Source: Marine group II euryarchaeote REDSEA-S42_B7
GTDB lineage: Archaea; Thermoplasmatota; Poseidoniia; Poseidoniales; Thalassarchaeaceae
Length of the DNA: 64,000 nt
Assembly (NCBI GenBank): GCA_001629255.1
Contig: LURZ01000009.1
Location: 20,876 to 84,875 of the forward strand
Reading direction: 5' to 3'
The notes beneath the pieces were generated by a model that worked only from the letters and a program-made list of their open reading frames with translations, made no database searches and was not told the origin of the DNA. Position numbers and translations under genes: made by a program. Of the stretch, positions 48,959 to 58,400 are shown one piece after another (position 1 is the stretch's first letter; each line of letters begins with the position of its first letter).

Positions 48959-49747
48959 CTATTCTGAGAAATGTTCACCAATATCCCTTAGGGACGCTTT
49001 CAAAGATTTCTGATTATCCCATTCTGTCTGTCTGTAATCGGAGTCATTGAGTAGACAGGACAGAATACCCTCGAACGCTCTGGAAACCTCGTCTACTATC
49101 GTCACCGAAGCCATCCTAGCACTTCTTGAAAGAGGATTCAGATCGACCACCAGGACCTCCTTGTCAAGACTAATCAGCGCCTCGCACCTGTCTCCGTCCT
49201 CAAGAGGGACAAGGATAGTATCAGCTCCGCCTATTCCTTCAACAGTGCAGTTTGAACGCGGCCCCTCCAAGCCTTCTATCTTGAAATTAGGAAATTCCCC
49301 CAGGAGCGACACTCCCTCGACTGTTTCCTTCCAGTCTCCATAGAACCCGTCAGGTGCAGCCTCTTGAGACAGATTAAACTTCCATTCTTCCAACAGCGAG
49401 ATCAGCCCTTTGACCCTACTCGGGGTTCTGTAGTAGAGGTTTACCTCAATAGGACAACCAAGGACTGCAGCCAACCTAATCGCTCCGTCGCCTGCTAAGA
49501 CTGTCGTGTTTCCGTTAACTGAGATGACCGGTCTTCTGGCATTCCTGAGGCGAGCCGCACTCTCACGAATGGCCTCTCTGGCTGACTCCGTGGTCCTTTC
49601 TCCGAGCAGATAGTCGAAAGCCTCTCCTCTGCCATGAGCAATCATTGCCGAGTCCGCAAGCAGACCCATGGAGTTGCCATCCACTATCTTCTGCCTTGAC
49701 TCCAGGGACTTCTTCCTAGGGTGGCTATCGGGAATCCTAGCCATCAA
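48959..49747 (-). CDS. Archaeal phosphopantothenate synthetase (4-phosphopantoate--beta-alanine ligase)
   Basis: IPDSHPR, IAHGRGEAFDYLLGERT, ISVNGN, VPLEDGDR, DLNPLSRS. Confidence 0.94.
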   Translation of the reverse strand: MMARIPDSHPRKKSLESRQKIVDGNSMGLLADSAMIAHGRGEAFDYLLGERTTESAREAIRESAARLRNARRPVISVNGNTTVLAGDGAIRLAAVLGCPIEVNLYYRTPSRVKGLISLLEEWKFNLSQEAAPDGFYGDWKETVEGVSLLGEFPNFKIEGLEGPRSNCTVEGIGGADTILVPLEDGDRCEALISLDKEVLVVDLNPLSRSARMASVTIVDEVSRAFEGILSCLLNDSDYRQTEWDNQKSLKASLRDIGEHFSE

Positions 49748-50685
49748 CTCCCTCCAATTAGCATTGATAGATCCAGTGAAGGGACTCCCATGTTTACCGA
49801 GCTCGAAGATATCACATCTACCATGGAACTCTCAATCCAGGTATGCAAACCATCCAAAGTTACCCCCCCTGATCCCTCGAGAATGCACCAATCCCTTAAC
49901 CCAGACTCTCTCAGGAGAAGTTCTGCAGACCTGCACTCATCTGGTCCCATATTGTCTAGCAGTATCACTATTCTTTCCTCCCTTCCTCTAATTTTCTGAT
50001 TTTCCGACCAGGACTCTGCTGCTGAAATCGCCTGAGCAGAATCCTGAACCTCGATTACGACAAATCCGGCACTTTTCTCAAAATCAATGGAGGAGATTGC
50101 GGATGAAATTGCAGATTCAATGCCATCTCTAGAGCCGATTACGCTCAAATCATTTTCCTTAATCATCAATGCATCTGTTCTACTGAGCCGATGGGTTAGC
50201 CCCCCTCCTACATGTACGGCGTATTTGTCCATTAGCCCCCACGCAGTTTTTCTAGTGCATGCTATAGAAACATCTCCTAACTCGCTTACCCATTCGGCGG
50301 TCCTCGTACTAATGCCTGATAGCCGACCAAGAATGTTCAAAACAACCCTCTCGCAACTCAAGACACTATCCGACGGCCCAGAGATAGAGAGAATCTGACT
50401 ACCTACTGTGAGCTCCCCTCCTTCTTCGAAATTCCAAGACAAATCACAGGAGGGAAACCACTCAGCGAAAAGCAAGTCCACTGGAATTCTGCCACAGAAC
50501 ACTCCTGCACTTTTCGATACCACCACTGCCTGAACGATACTCCCCGTGTTTCCATCCGTTGCAGAGTCATCTGACAAGTGAGCAGTCAACCATCTCCTTA
50601 TCGAATCCTCAAACAATTTTGTCGGATGAGGAACTTCCTTTGCATTGTATAGCAAGTGGGATCGGTCATGCGGTAGTCCTTCCAC
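49744..50685 (-). CDS. nadC: Nicotinate-nucleotide pyrophosphorylase (quinolinate phosphoribosyltransferase)
   Basis: ERVVLN, CTRKT, GGGLTHR, IKEND, ILLDNM, EGSGGV. Confidence 0.88.
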   Translation of the reverse strand: MEGLPHDRSHLLYNAKEVPHPTKLFEDSIRRWLTAHLSDDSATDGNTGSIVQAVVVSKSAGVFCGRIPVDLLFAEWFPSCDLSWNFEEGGELTVGSQILSISGPSDSVLSCERVVLNILGRLSGISTRTAEWVSELGDVSIACTRKTAWGLMDKYAVHVGGGLTHRLSRTDALMIKENDLSVIGSRDGIESAISSAISSIDFEKSAGFVVIEVQDSAQAISAAESWSENQKIRGREERIVILLDNMGPDECRSAELLLRESGLRDWCILEGSGGVTLDGLHTWIESSMVDVISSSSVNMGVPSLDLSMLIGGS

Positions 50686-50735
50686 GCATCATGCACTACA
50701 AGCCCACCCTTGAATAGTACTAGTACTCGATAGGG

Positions 50736-50978
50736 TCAATCTAGAGAGTCAAGCCCGGACTCAGCTGCTGACAAGCAGGCAAGAATGTCATCTACCGATG
50801 ATCTCGATTGACCTAGCCCGTCCGCGGTAACTCCTATCCTCAACTCTACATGGTCATTGAAATCCAACAACTCAGCCGTGAAATCATCTGGATCGTCGGG
50901 GCTTATCGCTGCCAGTAGCGCCTCCCCTCTTTCCTTCGAACCAGTCCATAGTATGGATGCAATTACTTTTCCCATCAT
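50736..50978 (-). CDS. pcc1: KEOPS complex subunit Pcc1-like protein
   Basis: 80 aa; AISPD...LRIGVTAD...RSSVDDILACLSAAE pattern. Confidence 0.6.
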   Translation of the reverse strand: MMGKVIASILWTGSKERGEALLAAISPDDPDDFTAELLDFNDHVELRIGVTADGLGQSRSSVDDILACLSAAESGLDSLD

Positions 50979-52102
50979 ACCCCCCAGAAACGACTTCCTT
51001 GGACTAAGTCATCGTCCTCGGAGAATGATTGAACTATGGTTCTCAGGAGGTAGTACATTACCATGGACATGATTGGTAGCCCCCAATCGTCCCCTAGTTG
51101 ATTGAATGTGGGACTATATTCCTGCCCTGATGAAATCACGAGTGCCACGTCGATTGTTGCCGCAACGAAGGTGTAGAATACAACCCCAAGACCGATTAGT
51201 AAAACGCTCCTTCCTGTGAAGGAACCCTCCTTCCACCTCAGAACTCCCAGAGCAAGTAAGAACGAGAATACGGAACCCACAATCCATTGCAGAACCTCAT
51301 CAACAAGCCCTAGTAAGTGCTCGAATTGAGAATTCCCATCTGGCACAGGATCGTCCCATCCCGCCCAAACAGTAGCAACTGCTAGAAATAAGCTCACAAT
51401 TGACATCCCCCAAAGTAACGACGAGAAAAGTCCACCAGTAGCGCTGTCTCTCATCTCCATGGCTACCCTCTCCATTTGCGCCTCAAGACCCAGCCCCTTG
51501 CCCAAGACCCACAATCCAATCAAGAGTGGTAGAGAGCCGATGAGAGCTATTCCGTTTGGTAGGATTAGGCCTAGACCAATTATGATTAGGAAAACTGCGA
51601 GTGGAACCAGAAGTCTAGACCTGAATCTGGGGTCCTCTATGGCCTTCACGATGTAGTAGTAGGTACCCTCAATTCCTTTTGACTGCCTGACTATTACCTT
51701 CTCCACAGTGTCCACTCTCACCCTCGAGGTAACTATGGGCAAAGAAGCCTCGTCATCTGCGCCATCCGTAACAAGGAGTGCCGCATCTGGTTGGAAATCC
51801 TGAATCACCTCGTCTAACTGGCTAGCAATCGACCTATCGCTTCTAGGTCCTACCCTCACGTCACCTGTTAGAATAGCGATCTGAACCTCATCGCTTGCAG
51901 CAGCTCCTTCTGCCAGCCTATCATGGTGGTGCAGCGCACCAAGAATCGCGTTTGTATCGGACTCCTCAGGGTCCGCGATACCCAATCTGAGTGCTGCCGT
52001 CAAGCAGGATTTCCTACCAACAACCGGCCCTCTTATGCCCGATTTCACTCCCAAATCATTGTCTCTGTCAATTGTGAGAACCAGTGTTCGTACTATGCTC
52101 AC
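50975..52102 (-). CDS. DUF373 family membrane protein
   Basis: LVLTIDRDNDLGVK, DPEESDTN, VTDGADDE, VRQSKGIEGTYY followed by TMs. Confidence 0.88.
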   Translation of the reverse strand: MSIVRTLVLTIDRDNDLGVKSGIRGPVVGRKSCLTAALRLGIADPEESDTNAILGALHHHDRLAEGAAASDEVQIAILTGDVRVGPRSDRSIASQLDEVIQDFQPDAALLVTDGADDEASLPIVTSRVRVDTVEKVIVRQSKGIEGTYYYIVKAIEDPRFRSRLLVPLAVFLIIIGLGLILPNGIALIGSLPLLIGLWVLGKGLGLEAQMERVAMEMRDSATGGLFSSLLWGMSIVSLFLAVATVWAGWDDPVPDGNSQFEHLLGLVDEVLQWIVGSVFSFLLALGVLRWKEGSFTGRSVLLIGLGVVFYTFVAATIDVALVISSGQEYSPTFNQLGDDWGLPIMSMVMYYLLRTIVQSFSEDDDLVQGSRFWGV

Positions 52103-52134
52103 GCCCCCCTTGTCAAGAGTTGGTAAGCACCTAC

Positions 52135-53298
52135 TTATGAGGAATTGGCAGAATCGCTATTTGAGTCATCGGCATCTCTGTCAGATTCGGCATTGCTGGA
52201 GCCGTACCTCCTCCTCTGCTTTGCTCTGATATATTTCAGAGGATGAGTCAACCATTCTTGGTCACAGAGGGGGTCCTCTCCTATTTGCACGGGGCATCTG
52301 GCGTTGGTTTTGAGAGAAGAACATCCATGAGGGGTATACTCTCTTTCGTAAATCTGACCGACTTGGTATGATGTAGTGTCAGCGTCATAGTCCGGGGCAT
52401 TGGAAAAGAAGTTGCAAGCCTGTTCCTGCTGAAGCCCTATCGATCTTGAGAAAGCGGCAAGGAAGACCCTTCCAACATGATTTACATTCACCCCCTGGTT
52501 CAACTCAGAAACGGCCGATTCAAAGCACGGAGGCCAGTCATCCCTGATTGCTGCCGTCATCGGCATCTCCTCCTTGACTCTCTCAGAAAGTAGTCCAGTA
52601 ATCCTCTCTACCGGGTCTGCGAACTTAGCTGCAAACTCATCGTCCATCCTGGAAATTCTATCTTCACAACTAATCCTCAAACTCTCTCTTACTCTCTCCT
52701 TTATCAATCGAGAAGCCCTCTCTCTTCCTGTCTCTCCAGCTCCAGAATCCAGACAAACCCAACCGTCTCTCAAAGGCCTATTTACCAATCTCCAGTAATT
52801 GCCAGAAATTTTTGGGCTAAGCTCGATGAAGTCTACCATTGGAATCCAGTATATCTCAGACCCCTCACTATTAGTTTCCACTACAATATCGGAAAGAAAA
52901 GAAGAGGAAAGCAAACTGAAGTTCTTAGAGTCCATACCCAGTAATTTATCCGCTCTGCTTGACTCGCCCTCGATCCATCTGGAAAGCAACCTCTCATCGA
53001 ATGATGCACAGACTACCAGCATAGCATGAAGGAAGGACAGTGTCTCAGTCATTCTCCCAACGTCTGTTGAAAGGTCAATTGTGGAAGAGGATGCTGCATC
53101 CTCCTGTTGTAGTACCGAATCCACCAGCCTCAACCTGCCCCTAACTCTCACATCCTCCAACCAAGGGGCTTCAATTAGATCCTCTACACTTATTCCGTTC
53201 TCTTCCAACATCTCACGAATGAATGACCTTCCCTGTGGCAGAAAGGGATACCGAGCAAGCAAACCCTCATCATCGATTTCAGGAACTCTTATTGGCAT
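52135..53298 (-). CDS. priL: DNA primase large subunit
   Basis: ARYPFL, WPPCF, NHVGRVFLA, APDYD..TTSYQV, C-terminal Cys cluster and HPL. Confidence 0.88.
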   Translation of the reverse strand: MPIRVPEIDDEGLLARYPFLPQGRSFIREMLEENGISVEDLIEAPWLEDVRVRGRLRLVDSVLQQEDAASSSTIDLSTDVGRMTETLSFLHAMLVVCASFDERLLSRWIEGESSRADKLLGMDSKNFSLLSSSFLSDIVVETNSEGSEIYWIPMVDFIELSPKISGNYWRLVNRPLRDGWVCLDSGAGETGRERASRLIKERVRESLRISCEDRISRMDDEFAAKFADPVERITGLLSERVKEEMPMTAAIRDDWPPCFESAVSELNQGVNVNHVGRVFLAAFSRSIGLQQEQACNFFSNAPDYDADTTSYQVGQIYEREYTPHGCSSLKTNARCPVQIGEDPLCDQEWLTHPLKYIRAKQRRRYGSSNAESDRDADDSNSDSANSS

Positions 53299-53362
53299 CG
53301 GCACGGATGCAAGAGTTCCGCGAGGGTTCTTCAATACTTACCGAGCCCTTCCAGTGGAAAGT

Positions 53363-54130
53363 ATGACGAAACAAGCAACTCCCTCTGACTTGATGCCTTC
53401 TTCTCCAACGCTGGTTGGTATTCAGGATGAGGTCAGAGAATACTTCGGTTGGAACGAGGAGGACGACAAAAATAGCGCAGTTTCGATGCTTCGAAGGGTC
53501 GAAGACTCAACGGTGGCAATCTGGGCCAGACATAATAGAGCTGCAACTTTATCGAAGATTTTCCGGAGAATCGTGATCAGGGAAGCGCGGGTAGCAATCC
53601 TCGGAGCAGCAGTGGAACCAGATGAGATAGCATCTATTCTGGACGGTCCAACGCTCATTGTAGCTGCAGATGGTGCGGTTGGAGCGATTTCTGAGATGCC
53701 CGCCTCACTTTCTGAGAAGGCATGGTCCCGCGTGGTGTGCATGGTTAGCGATGCCGATGGTGGAGAAGGGACCTATCAAGCGGTTAGAAGATCGATACCG
53801 TTCGTATTACATGCCCATGGGGACAATAGAGAGGACTGGGACGGCCTACTAGGACTGGCGGAGGAACAGACAAGCCCCCCCGAGCTTTTACTGACTCACC
53901 AAACGCAAAATCCAATCGATGGAATGTACAACCCTGGTGGCTTTACGGATGGGGACCGCGCAGCATGCTTCTTGACGGCACTAGGGGTTCATAGAGAAAA
54001 CATCAACCTCCTAGGGACCAGATCTGATATTGTTGGACGATGGTCAGGAGATACTGAGGAGTCCTCCAAGCTCCAGAAACTGCAATGGATGAAATCGATT
54101 CTGCAGATCCAAGGGCTTTGGGACGGCTAG
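53363..54130 (+). CDS. mptE: 6-hydroxymethyl-7,8-dihydropterin pyrophosphokinase MptE-like (DUF115)
   Basis: [33 protein letters not shown]; start ATG 53363. Confidence 0.82.
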   Translation: MTKQATPSDLMPSSPTLVGIQDEVREYFGWNEEDDKNSAVSMLRRVEDSTVAIWARHNRAATLSKIFRRIVIREARVAILGAAVEPDEIASILDGPTLIVAADGAVGAISEMPASLSEKAWSRVVCMVSDADGGEGTYQAVRRSIPFVLHAHGDNREDWDGLLGLAEEQTSPPELLLTHQTQNPIDGMYNPGGFTDGDRAACFLTALGVHRENINLLGTRSDIVGRWSGDTEESSKLQKLQWMKSILQIQGLWDG

Positions 54131-55308
54131 ATTTCGAAACTTCCGACCTCTACAGACGAGCCATCTGATTGGATAGTTCCAGAGAATTGCTGCCTATCCC
54201 CGCCGTTGTTCACATTAACCTCGAACTGAACCTCTCCTTCTTCACCTTCTGCCTCGAAGTGCCTCACAACCACCGAGTAAGACCCAGATGGGGGGGAGGA
54301 ACCCCATCTTATCTCTCTGGAGCCGGACTCAGGGTCGTAACCGTCCATGTCGAATTTTCCTCCTCCCAAGCCCTCCGGATTGAAGAAAGACAACTCCTCG
54401 CCATTAGAATCAATTATTGAGAGCCCCAAGTCAGAACTACCTTCCCAGTTGAGACTCACCGATGCACCGTCTTGAACCGTCCCCACCCTTCTCCTAAGCT
54501 CATCCACATCTCTAGCCTCAGTGAAATCCTCCCTCACTTCCTCAGTCAATTCCTCATCACTCACCGTAGGCCGAGGAACTTCTCCATCTGGACCAGCTAT
54601 GGCGAACTTAGCGACGAATTGAAGGTCATTACTCTTGACTAGAGCCCCCTCATAGAACCGTTTGCTCTCACCAATTGTTAGGCTGACCGTGAAATCTGTC
54701 TCGTTCTTATTGTGTATTCTCCTTAGGAGAGGCACCCATGAGAACAATCCCTTTGTATGGATTTTATAGTGCCTGACTCCGACTCTGTAGACTCCTGGAG
54801 GAGGGGTTTTTGTCCAGACAATATTCTCAACTGGGGATTTCGAGGTAGGCTTGAAGTTCATGTCTACATCTAGCTCGCCACCGCAATTTGATGTCCTGTT
54901 ATCGTGATAGATGTGCTCCCCAGATGGCGTGATTACATGTAGGTCGAGATCATTCCAATTATCCCACATCAGACTGATCTGGACAGAACCCCTCTTTGCT
55001 CCTTCCCTCTCGAGCCTCTTCTCCAGTGCAGAAGCGCCCTTTTCTGATATCTCTGCTTCCTGCACTCCGGCACCAATTGCCTCCGAGCCCTCACCTAGTG
55101 AACCGGATACGGTTGGAGTTCCAGAACGATCCCTCCCCCTCCCCCTTCTCCTTCTAGATGTAGATCCTGCGAGAACCTCCTCTGGGACGTTCCTCCTTGT
55201 AGAAGGAAGTATTGTCCTCCTATTTTGCGAACGCAAAATTCGAAACAAGCCATTGAAGGTCGCCATCAGAATAAGACCGATGACAACGAGGGATACAGCG
55301 TCCGCCAC
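54127..55308 (-). CDS. Membrane-anchored protein with two YfaP/DUF2135-like domains
   Basis: N-terminal [25 protein letters not shown]...GGELDVDMN...PVENIVW and a second degenerate copy ([12 protein letters not shown]...GGKFDMD). Confidence 0.78.
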   Translation of the reverse strand: MADAVSLVVIGLILMATFNGLFRILRSQNRRTILPSTRRNVPEEVLAGSTSRRRRGRGRDRSGTPTVSGSLGEGSEAIGAGVQEAEISEKGASALEKRLEREGAKRGSVQISLMWDNWNDLDLHVITPSGEHIYHDNRTSNCGGELDVDMNFKPTSKSPVENIVWTKTPPPGVYRVGVRHYKIHTKGLFSWVPLLRRIHNKNETDFTVSLTIGESKRFYEGALVKSNDLQFVAKFAIAGPDGEVPRPTVSDEELTEEVREDFTEARDVDELRRRVGTVQDGASVSLNWEGSSDLGLSIIDSNGEELSFFNPEGLGGGKFDMDGYDPESGSREIRWGSSPPSGSYSVVVRHFEAEGEEGEVQFEVNVNNGGDRQQFSGTIQSDGSSVEVGSFEI

Positions 55309-55437
55309 GTGACCGAACCTGAGCAGTGACTTTTCATAACATCGGTTGCAACCCAGACCAACCAAGAAGTGCGATTATTTCCTCCGGTTGTTTCATAATG
55401 AGGGTTAGTCTCCTCTACGAGGAGGGGAGCGGAAGCG

Positions 55438-58400
55438 ATGGCGAAACATTCCAGTCAAGAATCCTCAAGAAACCTACATAGGACAACTAAAACGGCTAGC
55501 AAGGCCACGGTTCTAGTCGCTCTACTTTTCCTCTCCCCCCTGCTCGCTGGTATTCCCGTTGCCACAGACGAAGAGAACCCAATGCAAAGCTCAACTCGTC
55601 AAATGGGCCCAGATGTGGTAGTAACCGATCTAGACGTTACCACTCCCTCCGCTATTGTTGGAGGAACCCCTACACTGGCTCCTGTTGATCACACGATTGT
55701 AGTCGGGACCACCAATCAGGGCGGGTCTACTGCCGAAGGTAATGTCACCCTCAAGGTTGACGGGGTCCTCGTTGACATCAGGTACGCCACCATCACTCCT
55801 GGAGGACAGGTAAACAGCCTGATGTACTGGGACGCCACTTCACTTTCCGGAACAGGATACGAGATAACTGCGGAATGGGCCCCGTCATCATCCTCTTCCG
55901 ACTCCGACTCGAGCAATAACCAGATGTCTCTATCAGGCGTAAGCATCGCGGAGGTGGAGTCTGCCTCAGACATCGCAGACTCCCTACCATCCGATGGATC
56001 TTCACTAGCGAGAGCACTCTGGGAAGGAGCAATTACCGTGGTCAATACGGGCAATCAACCAGTCGACGTCACAGCCCAGTTAACACTAACTCCGTCGCTG
56101 GGCGGTTCGAGCGTTTCCCTCTCCTCGAGTACAGAGGAATTGCTTCCCGGAAGCCTTGCAAATCCTCCAACCCCTGCTAACATCACGATATCTTTCGATG
56201 GCTCCGGCCTGGAAGGGGATTACACCCTGAGTGGTAGCATACTTGTGTCGGGCTCTACTCAGGGCTCGGTCACAATCGACTCCAGAATAGTGAGCTTCGT
56301 AGCCCTGAGGGCATCTCTAATACCAGCCAACAACCGGAACGTCGACCCCGGCTCGCAGACCACTCTGAATTTCATATTGCAGAACTCTGGAACCGTTGAA
56401 GACAACTTCACCGTGACACAGAGCAACAACTCCGACCCCGCTAACTACTGGGTGAATATCACGGACCAGATACATGACTCCACCAACCTTCTGAATGTAG
56501 GCGCCCAACAAACCCATGCAATTCAGATCCCTGTCGAAGTTCCCGCAGATGCCGCCAATGGAGACGCCGTGATTGTGACCTTGACAATTCAGAGCGACAC
56601 TGCGGGTTACGTCCTCTCAGCCAGCACAATGGTCATGGCAGGAGGTACATTCAGCGCGGAGATTTTCCAAAACCACAGCCATTCGATGGGAGAGAATTTC
56701 GCGAACATCACCCCCGGTTCCCCCAGAACCCTGCAATACACCCTGATGAACACCGGTACCGCGCCAGCCCAGTATCAGATAGATGTCGGAGCGACGGAAT
56801 CGGTGCCGTACTGGATCATAGACTCACCTGTCACAATCACCGACGTGATGCTGCCAAACGAGACCAGGACACTTCCCGTAACAATCACCACCCCGGAGCT
56901 AGAGATGCCACTGAACCCCTCCTGGAAGGTCTCTTCCATAGAGCGAGTGGACCTGATGGTCCAAGCAATCCCACTGCAGGGAGGAGTCCCAGCGGTCAAC
57001 CAGACGACGCTATTGATAGACAGCATTGTTGAGTTGGACATCTCCGTGACCAGTGAAATCGACGATATCACAGTGAATGACATCATCGGGGGTAATACAG
57101 ACAGGTTCGTCGGCTTCGAAGTGACGATAGTTCACAATCTCGGCTCAAGCAACACCCTGGCCCAAGTATCCCTCAGTGCCATGCCTTGTACCTCCCTTGC
57201 GCCTACCACTGCTGCATCTGGCAGCCCTTGGAAACAATCCACATGCAGCAATGGGAAGGTCTTCCTTCAGAACACCCCAGCTGGCTCCAGTCTCATTGAA
57301 AATTCGCGTTGGACGGCTACGGTCCAGACCTCGTCCTCTTCCTCCGCCTCGACCTTGGAACTTCTGCCAGGAGAGACCGGATACGGCATGGTAGGACTGA
57401 GCTTCGGCCCCACTCCAGATTTCCAATACCCATCGGCGGGTCACCTCAACTTCTCGTTCATGGCGACATCATCTTGGGCTGCTTTCTCCGGGGCAATTTC
57501 CCGTAATGCCACAGCCACGGTTTCCATGTCAATAGCTGAACTCTGGTCAGCAGAGCTGACTTCCTCAGGGGCAGCCAATGGGGACCCTGGAACCGCCATA
57601 TCCTCTGAGGTGGTTTTGGAAAACACGGGAAACGACCCAGCAAACTTCACCATCGGGTACGTCCCTAAGCCTGGATGGACCATCACCCTGGGGTCCACCG
57701 CGGCGAACCTCGTACCTTCCATGACGAATCTGTACAACGATGGCTCATCAACCCAGAACCAGCGGACAATAACGGTCACAGCCACTCCTCCGGCCTCTGC
57801 AAGGGCGGATGAGACGCATCAGGTCTGGGTCTACGCCAACTCCACGGAAACTGGAGAACTGCTCGCATATGCCCCAGCCCTCTTCACCCTCACCGAAGTC
57901 ATCTCGGCGGAACTCTACCCCCCTTCTTCCACCGCAGTAATCACCCCTTCCCCCTCACTCGACAGCAGAGTCGGTCAGAAAACCCTGATTGCCCTGCTCA
58001 ATAACACCGGAAACAAGAACATAACCTACAACTTATCCTTGGACAATCTCGATGCAGACAAGATCAGGGTCTGCTTCTCTGAGGAAATGCAGCCCTGTGT
58101 GACCGAATCCACACTGTTGGTACCAGCAGGCTCGCAGGGAATTGTCAGGATTTACTCCACTGCAGGAGAGGACTCGAGAGCCGATGAAGACCAGAGATTC
58201 TTCCTGAATGCGTCCTACGATGGCGATTTGATGTCTTCAAGCGAATGGAAGGTGCAAGTTGCCCCTGATCATGCAATACTATTCATATCTACCACCGATG
58301 TGAGTGCAGCTCCGGGGAACACCGTCGACCTAGAGGTAGTTTTACGGAACGACGGCAACCTCATGGAGACACTGAACCTGACGGTGACCTTCCCAGAGGG

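Noticed and set aside
53081..53362. N-terminal extension of the MptE ORF
   Set aside because: Antisense overlap with priL.
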